Shown: piece after piece, positions 24,828 through 33,121 of the stretch | Position numbering within the stretch: the stretch's first letter is position 1 | How the letters are laid out: every line of letters starts with the position of its first letter | From: Candidatus Krumholzibacteriota bacterium | GTDB taxonomy: Bacteria; Krumholzibacteriota; Krumholzibacteriia; LZORAL124-64-63 | Assembly: GCA_039714075.1 (NCBI GenBank) | Contig: JBDLKA010000031.1 | Coordinates: forward strand, 1 to 34,393 | Direction of reading: 5' to 3' | Length of the DNA stretch: 34,393 bases | Program-made: the position numbers and the translations under genes | The notes under the pieces: generated by a model | What the model saw: only the letters and a program-made list of their open reading frames with translations | Database searches by the model: none | What the model was told of the DNA's origin: nothing

Positions 24828-26144
24828 CTACCCTTGGACGGTCTTCATCCCCGGGCGGGCCGGCTGGTCCACCGATTCGGTCTGCCAGAGCCGGCTCAGG
24901 AAATAGACCAGCAGGGTGACCGTGGAATAGAACTTCAGGGAGACCAGCAGGCTCATCGGCCCGCCGCCTTCGATGCGGAACAGATAGGACAGGGGCCAGG
25001 CCAGGATTCCGGTGGCCAGGCCCACCGGGACCGCCACGTAGACCGACATGCGCCCGCGGAAGATGTGGACCACCGCCAGCAGCGCCGCCGGCAGCACGAA
25101 GACCAGATGGTGCTCCCACGACAGCGGGGCGATCAGGAAGATCGCCAGCAGCACGGTGGCGATTTCCTCGTTCACGTAACGCCGCCGCGGACGGTTGTTC
25201 ATGCGGCGGCCGAACCAGACCAGGATCCCGACGATCAATCCGGCCAACAGGGTGGGAACCAGGCGGGCCGCGACAGGATTGAGGGCCAGGGCGTAGTCGG
25301 GGTGCAGAAACAACCGCGCGGTGAACCCGTTGATGCTCTGGTTCCAGGGCATGGCCGGCGAAAATAGATGGAAGGGGACGGCGGCATACCCGCCGGTTGG
25401 TGCGACAAAACGGATCCAGTCATCCCAGGTTCCGCTCGGCAGGATCACCAGGCTGGCCAGGGCCAAGGCGGCCGAATACCCCAGGGTCCAGGCCGCGATG
25501 CGATACTGCCGCCGCACCAGAAGCAGGGGCAGAAAGATGGCGGGGTAGGTCTTCAGGATTATGGCCAGGGCCAGAGGGGCCGCAGTCATGGCCGCGGGCT
25601 TGCCTTCGCGCAGCCACACCCAGAACAGGCAGATCTGGGTCATCACCACCAGGTTGATCTGGCCGTGCCGCAAAGTCACGACCACGGGATGGAACTGCAG
25701 CGTGTACAGCAAAAGCACCGGCAGGATCAGCCAGGACAAGGCGTTTGATTCCTCTGCGGCGGGCGGTTCCAGGGGCGAGGGCAGCCTGAAGATCCGGAAC
25801 AGCAGCAGGTACAGCAGGAACAACAGGCTCAAGTGGTTGATAACCAGGGCCGCGGTCTTGGCTCCCTCGTAGGAAAACCAGGAAAAGGGCACGAAAAACA
25901 GCAGGCTCGGGGGCGGATAGAGGTAGGGGAACACCTTCTGCTGCAGCTTTTGTTCGGTTTCGCTCCAGGCATCGGGGCGGTAGGGTGATTCGTGCTGGTT
26001 GAAGACCTCGTCGGAGGCATAATAGAACGACGGCAGATCGATGTTCTTCTTGTCCGCCAGCTGAAAACCGTTGGTTGTCAGGAAGGGGACATACAAGAAC
26101 AGGAAGACCAGGATAAGGGTCAGTCGGCCTTTGGTTGCGGACAC
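24828..26144 (-). CDS. GT87 (DUF2029) membrane glycosyltransferase
   Basis: DLPSFY, YLYPP, GQIN, IILKTYP, NQS, PLSWEHH; multi-TM. GTG 26144 follows GGAGGG (alternative start 26159). Confidence 0.88.
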   Translation of the reverse strand: MSATKGRLTLILVFLFLYVPFLTTNGFQLADKKNIDLPSFYYASDEVFNQHESPYRPDAWSETEQKLQQKVFPYLYPPPSLLFFVPFSWFSYEGAKTAALVINHLSLLFLLYLLLFRIFRLPSPLEPPAAEESNALSWLILPVLLLYTLQFHPVVVTLRHGQINLVVMTQICLFWVWLREGKPAAMTAAPLALAIILKTYPAIFLPLLLVRRQYRIAAWTLGYSAALALASLVILPSGTWDDWIRFVAPTGGYAAVPFHLFSPAMPWNQSINGFTARLFLHPDYALALNPVAARLVPTLLAGLIVGILVWFGRRMNNRPRRRYVNEEIATVLLAIFLIAPLSWEHHLVFVLPAALLAVVHIFRGRMSVYVAVPVGLATGILAWPLSYLFRIEGGGPMSLLVSLKFYSTVTLLVYFLSRLWQTESVDQPARPGMKTVQG

Positions 26145-26335
26145 GGGCGATCCCTCCACCTCGCTGTGTGGGCAATTAAAGCGAGGTGATCAATGCGAAA
26201 ATTCCGGGCGATTGTTCCCTGAAAAAAATGTGCCGACCTGTTCGACGCAATGATTTTGATTGAAAAACAGGAAAAAATCCCCTCCACTTAAGCCCGGAAA
26301 ATCGAGATGACTTAACGTTTTCGGAAAGAGCGATT

Positions 26336-27205
26336 GTGACTGATGGGAGCAATAAGGTTCATGCGGTGATTCTGGTGATCCTGAGCCTGGCGGTGGCCGT
26401 ACTGATCGGTTGGGTGTTGTGGACGGGATCCGATTACTACGCCACTTCCCTGCCGGACAGACCCCACCACGAGGACTTCCGCTCCATGAGGCCGGCCGGC
26501 CGGGTCGGTCACGGTCTGGGGATCCTCGGCAGCCTGATGACGGTCGCCCTTCTGGTCTACTCCCTGCGCAAACGAATCCGGTTCATGCAACGCTGGGGCG
26601 ATCTGAGGGTCTGGCTCCGCTACCACATTTTCCTGGGCGTGGTCGGACCGGTGTTGATTACCCTGCATACCTCGTTCAAGATCGACGGCCTGGTGGCGGT
26701 CAGCTACTGGTCCATGTTCGCCGTCGCGGTCAGCGGGGTGTTCGGCCGTTATCTCTACCAACAGATTCCCCGCAACGTATTGGGGGAAGAACTCGGCGCG
26801 GACGACATCGAATCCCGCAACGAGGCCATCCTGGTCGAACTGTCCGAAAACCACGGCGTGGGCGACAGGGAAGTGGAGGCGCTGGAGAACCTGGCCCTCG
26901 GTCCCCTGGAAAACAGGCCCGCCCTGCTGGCCCTGATCATTCTACCGGTTGTTAATATTATGTTGGCCCGCCAATTGCATACCTGGTTGATGGGATTTTC
27001 GCGCAACCCCGGGATTCAGACCGGGAATCTGGCGCGAAACTGGGTTTTGCAAGCCAGAAGGCTGCATCTCTTTCATCTGATACGGGACCTGTTCCACTGG
27101 TGGCATGTATTTCATAAACCCTTTGCTTTCATCATGATATTGATCATGATCGTGCATGTCGCGGTGGCGCTGGCCCTGGGTTATACCTGGGAATTCGGGA
27201 GTTGA
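26336..27205 (+). CDS. inner-membrane di-heme b (ferric-reductase-TM/cytochrome b-like) protein
   Basis: 289 aa, about 5-6 hydrophobic helices; His pairs H97-x13-H111 and H260-x13-H274 lie in TM helices; YSLRKR, SGVFGRYLY, WHVFH motifs. Confidence 0.75.
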   Translation: MTDGSNKVHAVILVILSLAVAVLIGWVLWTGSDYYATSLPDRPHHEDFRSMRPAGRVGHGLGILGSLMTVALLVYSLRKRIRFMQRWGDLRVWLRYHIFLGVVGPVLITLHTSFKIDGLVAVSYWSMFAVAVSGVFGRYLYQQIPRNVLGEELGADDIESRNEAILVELSENHGVGDREVEALENLALGPLENRPALLALIILPVVNIMLARQLHTWLMGFSRNPGIQTGNLARNWVLQARRLHLFHLIRDLFHWWHVFHKPFAFIMILIMIVHVAVALALGYTWEFGS

Positions 27206-28929
27206 TGAACTTCACGTCCAATATTCGCTGGTTCCGACCTCCCGCAGAGACGGGTTGGTTCCTGACGTGGACCATTTTCACGATGATAATGGTCCTCAAT
27301 TTCAACAACATGGCCTGGGCCCAGCTTTCGCCGGGTCCGTTGAGCCGTCCCCATGCCCACCTCGAAGGCCTGAAAAAGTGTTCCAACTGCCACAAGTTGG
27401 GCAGCCGCCAGGTCGGTGAAAAGTGTCTGGAATGCCATCAGGAAATCGCCGCCATGAGGCGTGGCGGTTCCGGGTTGCACGCGGGGGATGATTTCGGCGA
27501 CTGCGTGACCTGCCATGTCGAGCACCAGGGCGAGGATTTCGAACTGATCTATTGGCCCCAAGGGACCGAAGGATTCGACCACCGGACCGCGGGATTCGAA
27601 TTGACGGGCCGGCACCAGGATCTCGGTTGCCGGAAATGCCATTACGCCAAATACGTGGTCGATGCCAGCGCCTTGAAAGCGAAAAACAAGAACCTGGGCC
27701 GCACCTACCTGGGTCTGGATCCGGCCTGCATCTCCTGTCACGAGGATGTTCACCGGCCCGCTGGTCAGGCGACTGCGGCGGTGAAAGCCTGCACCGATTG
27801 CCACGACACGGCCAGGTGGAAGCCGGCGCCGTTGTTCGTTCACGACAAGACGGCGTTTCCCCTGACCGGCAAGCACAAGGTCGTTGACTGCGCCAAGTGT
27901 CATGTTCCGTCCACCGATAACGGCAAGGATTTATCGGCCCTCGTTTTTGCGGCGCTTCCCCATGCAACCTGCACCGACTGCCACAAAGATCCCCACGCCG
28001 GGGCCCTGGGGCCCGACTGCCGCCAGTGCCACACCACCGAGGGCTGGCTGGTGATAAAGGGGGATTCCTTTGATCATTCCCGGACCCGCTACCCCTTGCT
28101 GGGGCTTCATGCCAAGGTGACCTGCGCGGGCTGCCATTCGCGGAACCGGAAAAAACCCGACTTCACCGCCTGCAACTCCTGCCACGGCGATGCCCACGAC
28201 AGCGCCGGCCTGGCCCGGCCCCGCCTGGGAAGATGTGAAGATTGCCACACCGTCGACGGCTTCCGTCCGGCGGAGTATTCCCTGGCCAAGCATGCCGAAA
28301 CGGCCTTCGGTCTGCGCGGCGCCCACCGGGCCACTCCCTGCAACGCGTGCCATAAACCGCGGGGTGCGGGTCTGGACCCGAAGGCGGCCGAACTCGTGCC
28401 GGCGCACGGCGCCTGCACGGATTGCCATCAGGATCCCCATCGGGGCCAAACCGGGAAATACCTCGCGGACCGGGGGTGCGCCGCCTGCCACACCGAAGAT
28501 TCCTGGAGGGTGGTTTCCTTCGACCACGAACCCACGGGATTCAACCTGGAGGGGCGCCACGCCGGGACCGCCTGTTTGTCCTGCCACCCGCGGTCGGAAG
28601 CCGAGGTGCCCTTCGCGGGGGCGGCCCGGCATTGCGCCGGCTGCCACGAGGATGTCCATCGGGGCCAGTTTGCCGACAAGGTGACGGCCGACGGCCAGGC
28701 CGTGGCCTGCGACCATTGCCATGTGACAGTGGATTGGCTGGCGGAAAAATTCAACCATGACCGGGACAGCGTATTCGCCCTCAAGGGCGGGCACGAACGG
28801 GTGGCCTGCACCGTCTGCCATCGCCCCCTGCAGGATGGCAACGACCGACTTCTCCACTTCAAGCCGTTGCCGACGGCCTGCAAGGATTGCCACGTCCATG
28901 TTCCGGGTCCCGGAGGGGATAACCGATGA
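27205..28929 (+). CDS. exported multiheme cytochrome c, 20 CxxCH
   Basis: Signal peptide ending AWA|QLSPG; 20 CxxCH motifs counted by hand; repeated F-x-H...FxLxGxH...CxxCH tri-heme units. ATG overlaps the upstream TGA. Confidence 0.95.
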   Translation: MNFTSNIRWFRPPAETGWFLTWTIFTMIMVLNFNNMAWAQLSPGPLSRPHAHLEGLKKCSNCHKLGSRQVGEKCLECHQEIAAMRRGGSGLHAGDDFGDCVTCHVEHQGEDFELIYWPQGTEGFDHRTAGFELTGRHQDLGCRKCHYAKYVVDASALKAKNKNLGRTYLGLDPACISCHEDVHRPAGQATAAVKACTDCHDTARWKPAPLFVHDKTAFPLTGKHKVVDCAKCHVPSTDNGKDLSALVFAALPHATCTDCHKDPHAGALGPDCRQCHTTEGWLVIKGDSFDHSRTRYPLLGLHAKVTCAGCHSRNRKKPDFTACNSCHGDAHDSAGLARPRLGRCEDCHTVDGFRPAEYSLAKHAETAFGLRGAHRATPCNACHKPRGAGLDPKAAELVPAHGACTDCHQDPHRGQTGKYLADRGCAACHTEDSWRVVSFDHEPTGFNLEGRHAGTACLSCHPRSEAEVPFAGAARHCAGCHEDVHRGQFADKVTADGQAVACDHCHVTVDWLAEKFNHDRDSVFALKGGHERVACTVCHRPLQDGNDRLLHFKPLPTACKDCHVHVPGPGGDNR

Positions 28930-30167
28930 AGCGCCTGATTTTGATTCTGCTGTTGATCCCCGTTACGGCCCCCGGTCAGGAAGACGGCTCCGGCCCCCGG
29001 GTGGGCAATCCCCATGGGGACATGAACCTGGACTGCATGCTGTGCCACACCGAGCAGTCCTGGGATGAAGAAGGACGGGCCGGGGAATTCGACCACGCGG
29101 TCACCGGGTTTGCGCTCGAGGGGCTACACATCCATGCCCGGTGCCGGGATTGCCATCGGGAACCCGTGTTCGCCCACGTCGGGACGGCCTGTGCGGACTG
29201 CCATCAGGATATCCATCGCGGGCGGGAGGGCCCGTCCTGCGGCGATTGCCATACCCCGGCCGGATGGGTGGACCGGGACCGGATGCGCCGGGACCACGAT
29301 GCCACCGCCCTGCCCCTGGTCGGCGCCCACGAACGCGTGGATTGCGACGCCTGTCATTCGGGGGCCGCGGGTTCCGACTACGTCGGCACACCGGTCGACT
29401 GTTACGACTGCCACGCGGAGGTCTACCACGGGACGACCAGTCCGGATCACGAGGCATCGGGATTCGGGACCGATTGCATCAGGTGCCATGGCGTCTTCTC
29501 GGCGACCTGGGGTGCGGGTGATTTCATCCATGCGGCGTCGTTCCCGCTGACGGGCGCCCACCGGTATCTGGAATGCGCCGCCTGCCACGAGAACGGTTTC
29601 ACCGGCACGCCGACCGATTGCGTGGCATGCCACCAGGACGATTACGACAGCACTTTGAACCCTGCCCATCCGGCCGCGGGATTTTCCACGGATTGCCGTC
29701 CCTGCCACGCGACATCGGCCTGGGTCCCATCGTCCTTCGACCATGGCACCACGGCGTTCCTGTTGACCGGTGCGCATCGTCCCTTGGACTGTCTGGCTTG
29801 CCATGACACGGGGTATGCGGGCACGCCGACCGATTGCGTGGCATGCCACCAGACCGAATATGACGGCACCACGGGTCCCAATCACGTGGCGTCGAATTTT
29901 CCCGTCACCTGCGCCGACTGCCATTCGACCTCTGCCTGGATACCTTCCACCTGGGACCACGAGACGTTGTTCCCCATCCGCGGCGGGGCCCATTCGGGGA
30001 CCACGTGTACGGATTGCCATGTGGTCCCGACGGACTATTCTGCTTTCGAGTGCATTCTCTGCCATGAGCACAACCAGAGCGATTCGGACAACGATCACAG
30101 TGAAGTGTCCGGGTATTTTTACCAGAGCTCCGAATGCTTCCGCTGCCATCCGCGGGGGACGAACTGA
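28926..30167 (+). CDS. exported multiheme cytochrome c, 16 CxxCH
   Basis: Signal peptide MKRLILILLLIPVTAPG; 16 CxxCH counted; ~72-aa tri-heme repeats; SD GGAGGGG; ATGA overlap. Confidence 0.95.
   Translation: MKRLILILLLIPVTAPGQEDGSGPRVGNPHGDMNLDCMLCHTEQSWDEEGRAGEFDHAVTGFALEGLHIHARCRDCHREPVFAHVGTACADCHQDIHRGREGPSCGDCHTPAGWVDRDRMRRDHDATALPLVGAHERVDCDACHSGAAGSDYVGTPVDCYDCHAEVYHGTTSPDHEASGFGTDCIRCHGVFSATWGAGDFIHAASFPLTGAHRYLECAACHENGFTGTPTDCVACHQDDYDSTLNPAHPAAGFSTDCRPCHATSAWVPSSFDHGTTAFLLTGAHRPLDCLACHDTGYAGTPTDCVACHQTEYDGTTGPNHVASNFPVTCADCHSTSAWIPSTWDHETLFPIRGGAHSGTTCTDCHVVPTDYSAFECILCHEHNQSDSDNDHSEVSGYFYQSSECFRCHPRGTN
29604..29852 (+). repeat. 33-bp exact direct repeat inside the 16-heme gene
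   Basis: GGCACGCCGACCGATTGCGTGGCATGCCACCAG at 29604-29636 and 29820-29852; period 216 nt = 72 aa (GTPTDCVACHQ). Confidence 0.9.
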
Positions 30168-31759
30168 TGTGGCGCCGGGCGGCATTCCTGATTTTGGTCC
30201 TGACGGCCTTTGCCGGCGCCGCGGCCGCGGAAGAGTTGGTTTGTGGTGTGCGCTATCTTTCCGCCGAACACGTCTACCTCGATGCCGGCAGCGGCGCCGG
30301 ACTGACCGTGGGCATGAGAGCCAGGGTGGTTCGCGACGGCCGGGCGGTTGCTGAACTGGAAGTCGTTTTTACCGCCGAGCATTCGGCGTCGTGCCGGATC
30401 ATCAGCGGCGATGGTGATGTCCAGGCCGGCGACAGGGTTGTTTGCGAGGTGGCTGATTCGACCGCCCCCGAGGTGGTTGTTGCCCCGGTGCCTCAGCGAA
30501 CACGGACCGGGTTCAAGGGCGAATCCCCCGTAGCTTCGCACAAGGGACCATCGGTCAGCGGATCGATCGCCCTGCAATGGGATCACACCGATGAATTCGC
30601 CGACCGCTCCCTTGAAACCAACCTGTACAGCCTGCCTTTCCGGTTGAAGGTCACCAGGCTGGGAAACATGATGGAATTCCGGGCCCGGGGTTCGATCCGG
30701 CACATTCTGCGGTCGGGGTATCACGCGACAACTGCGGATCAGGAGTGGCGCAACCGCATCCGGGAAGTGGCCCTGGTGCGCGACGGCCGCGAACTGGACT
30801 GGCATTTCGCCGTGGGACGGGTCGGGGGACGCTACACGGCATCGGCCGGACCCTTCGACGGCCTGAGTTTCAACCATCGCGTCGGCGGCGGGATTCGCCT
30901 GGGGGCCTTCGGCGGCTTCGCACCCGAATGGGGGGATCTGGGGTTCGGCACGGATGATCATCTGGCCGGCGTCACCTTCCACCTGAACCATCGCGCCGAG
31001 GGCGGGGGCCTTCTGGACATGGTCGTGGCCGGGGTGGGCCGCTACCGCGAGGGCGAGATCAGCCGCGAGTACGTGACCATGACCACGACCTGGAATTCGG
31101 GCCGCCGGTTGAGTCTGCTGCAAGCCGCGGAATTCGATATCAACCGCGGCTGGCGCAAGGAGGCCGCCGGCACCGGTCTGGAAGTTTCGAGTCTGGCCCT
31201 GACCGGCCGCTACCGTTTCTCGCGTGGAGTCAATGTGAGTCTCGGCTACGACGACCGTGCTCCGGTACGCACCTGGGAGACGAAATCCTTGCCCGACCGC
31301 TTGTTTACCGAGGCGGGCCGCATCGGTTGGCGCGCGGGGATGAACCTGCGTTCCCCCGGCGGCCTGGGTCTGAATCTGTCGGGCACGCTGCGGGACGATG
31401 AGCGCACCGCTGAAACCAGCACTTCCTGGAGCGCCCGGGCCTACGCTCCCAACTGGCCTGTACGTCGGTTGAGCCTGGATGCCTCGGTGCGCGGCTTCGA
31501 CGGACCCTACCTGTCCGGCTGGGCGCCGATGGTCGGAGCCACGAAAACCACCACGGGCGGGCTGCGGCTTCGCCTGGAGGGTGGTTATTATGGATACTCG
31601 GGCAGCGTGGGCGACGACCAGCGTTCGAACAGCTGGGTGAAGGCGGGGGCGGCCCAGGACCTGTCGGCGCACTGGACCGTGGGCGCGGACTACCGCCACG
31701 ACTGGGGTGACGACATCGCGGGCCGCCGGTGGTTCCTGGAGATGCGCCACCGGTTCTGA
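30167..31759 (+). CDS. outer-membrane beta-barrel (putative cytochrome-associated porin) with N-terminal FlgT_C-like beta domain
   Basis: ATG 30167 overlaps the upstream TGA; signal peptide ...AAA|EE; many alternating amphipathic strands; C-terminal WFLEMRHRF ending in Phe. Confidence 0.8.
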   Translation: MWRRAAFLILVLTAFAGAAAAEELVCGVRYLSAEHVYLDAGSGAGLTVGMRARVVRDGRAVAELEVVFTAEHSASCRIISGDGDVQAGDRVVCEVADSTAPEVVVAPVPQRTRTGFKGESPVASHKGPSVSGSIALQWDHTDEFADRSLETNLYSLPFRLKVTRLGNMMEFRARGSIRHILRSGYHATTADQEWRNRIREVALVRDGRELDWHFAVGRVGGRYTASAGPFDGLSFNHRVGGGIRLGAFGGFAPEWGDLGFGTDDHLAGVTFHLNHRAEGGGLLDMVVAGVGRYREGEISREYVTMTTTWNSGRRLSLLQAAEFDINRGWRKEAAGTGLEVSSLALTGRYRFSRGVNVSLGYDDRAPVRTWETKSLPDRLFTEAGRIGWRAGMNLRSPGGLGLNLSGTLRDDERTAETSTSWSARAYAPNWPVRRLSLDASVRGFDGPYLSGWAPMVGATKTTTGGLRLRLEGGYYGYSGSVGDDQRSNSWVKAGAAQDLSAHWTVGADYRHDWGDDIAGRRWFLEMRHRF

Positions 31760-31783
31760 TTTCTTCCATACACTGGGGTAAGC

Positions 31784-33115
31784 GTGGAAACAATCCTGAT
31801 ATGGGCCGTGGTCCTGACGCTGGTGATCACCAGCGTGTCGATTTATGCGGTCCGGTTTCGCCGCCAACGGGAGTCGGATACCCAGCGGTTGCAGCAGACC
31901 CGCGAACTCGGCATGGACAAGGCCTCGGGCCAGTATCCTTTGATCGACGCGGGGGCCTGCATCGGCTGCGGCACCTGCGTGGCGGCCTGTCCCGAGGGCG
32001 ACGTGCTGGGCGTGGTCATGGGCAAGGCCGTGGTGATCAACGGCGCCCGCTGCATCGGCCACGGCAAGTGCGCCGAGGCCTGCCCCGTCGGCGCGATCAA
32101 GGTGGGCCTGGGCGACATCACCAAACGCGACGACATTCCCCTGCTGGACGATCACAACCAGACCAACGTGCCGGGCATCTGGATTGCGGGTGAACTCAGC
32201 GGTTTCGCCCTGATCAACAACGCGGTGGAGCAGGGCCGGAAGGTCATGGAGCGGATCGCGGCGGTGCGTGGACCGGTTTCCACCGCCGCGCGCGAAGGGA
32301 TTCTCGACGCCGTGGTCGTGGGCGCCGGACCCGCGGGCATGAGCGCGGGGCTGGTGGCTTCCGATAAAGAACTGTCCTGCGTGATCCTGGACCAGCAGGG
32401 CGCCGGCGGCACCATCCTGCAATATCCACGGCGCAAGCTGGTGATGGTCCAGCCGGTCGAAATTCCCCGCCTGGGCCGCCTGCCGCGGCACGAGTACAGC
32501 AAAGAGGAACTCCTGGAAATCTGGGAGAAGCTGCATTCCGATTTCGGACTCGATATCCGGACCGGGGTTAGAGTGACCGGCGTTGCGGGCGAATACGGAA
32601 ACTTCGTGGTGCAGACTTCCGCTGAAGAATTCCGCTGCCGCAACGTGATCCTGGCCCTGGGCCGCCGGGGCACACCCCGCCGACTCAACGTCCCGGGCGA
32701 GGATTTCGCCAAGGTCGCCTACAAACTCATCGACGCCGAGGCCTACAAGGGGCGCCGCGTGATGGTGGTCGGCGGCGGCGACTCGGCGGTGGAAGCCGCC
32801 ATGGGACTGGCCCATCAGGAAGGCTGCCGGGTGACAATTTCCTACCGCAAGGCCGAGCTCATGCGGATAAAGCAGCGCAACGCCGACCGGATCGCGCCGC
32901 TGATCGCGGACGGGACCCTGGACTTCCTGGGCGCGACGACGGTGACCTCGATCCAGGAGGACAAGGTGGCGCTGGACGGACCGAGCGGTCCGGTCATCGT
33001 GCCGAACGACCAGGTGTTCATCCTGGCAGGCGGAATTCCGCCCTTCGGTTTTTTGCGGGAACTGGGCGTGAAATTCGGCGGCGACCAGCCGGATATTGCG
33101 GCGGTGGCCGGCTGA
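31784..33115 (+). CDS. membrane-anchored 2x[4Fe-4S] ferredoxin / TrxR-fold FAD-NAD(P)H oxidoreductase fusion
   Basis: N-terminal TM helix followed by RFRR; CIGCGTCVAACP and CIGHGKCAEACP; GAGPAG (FAD); GGGDSA and SYRK (NADPH-type); no redox CxxC. Confidence 0.9.
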   Translation: METILIWAVVLTLVITSVSIYAVRFRRQRESDTQRLQQTRELGMDKASGQYPLIDAGACIGCGTCVAACPEGDVLGVVMGKAVVINGARCIGHGKCAEACPVGAIKVGLGDITKRDDIPLLDDHNQTNVPGIWIAGELSGFALINNAVEQGRKVMERIAAVRGPVSTAAREGILDAVVVGAGPAGMSAGLVASDKELSCVILDQQGAGGTILQYPRRKLVMVQPVEIPRLGRLPRHEYSKEELLEIWEKLHSDFGLDIRTGVRVTGVAGEYGNFVVQTSAEEFRCRNVILALGRRGTPRRLNVPGEDFAKVAYKLIDAEAYKGRRVMVVGGGDSAVEAAMGLAHQEGCRVTISYRKAELMRIKQRNADRIAPLIADGTLDFLGATTVTSIQEDKVALDGPSGPVIVPNDQVFILAGGIPPFGFLRELGVKFGGDQPDIAAVAG

Positions 33116-33121
33116 CCGTCC

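Noticed and set aside
29604..29852. 33-bp direct repeat as a CRISPR array
   Set aside because: Only two copies, separated by 183 nt, in frame within a coding repeat, and no cas genes.
27205..31759. Naming the genes mtrA/mtrB/mtrC or omcB
   Set aside because: Heme counts (20 and 16), the tri-heme repeat pattern, absence of a lipobox and the ~530-aa barrel do not match the decaheme MtrA/MtrC or the larger MtrB. The similarity is architectural only.
31784..33115. Annotation as thioredoxin reductase (trxB)
   Set aside because: No CxxC in the NADPH domain, an added TM anchor and ferredoxin domain, and permuted motif order.
2475..33115. Additional selenocysteine read-through at other TGA stops (e.g. 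2477, 4471, 5676, 14261, 27205, 28929, 30167, 33115)
   Set aside because: The proteins appear complete at these stops, which do not fall in recognisable Cys-motif positions; several overlap the next gene's ATG.
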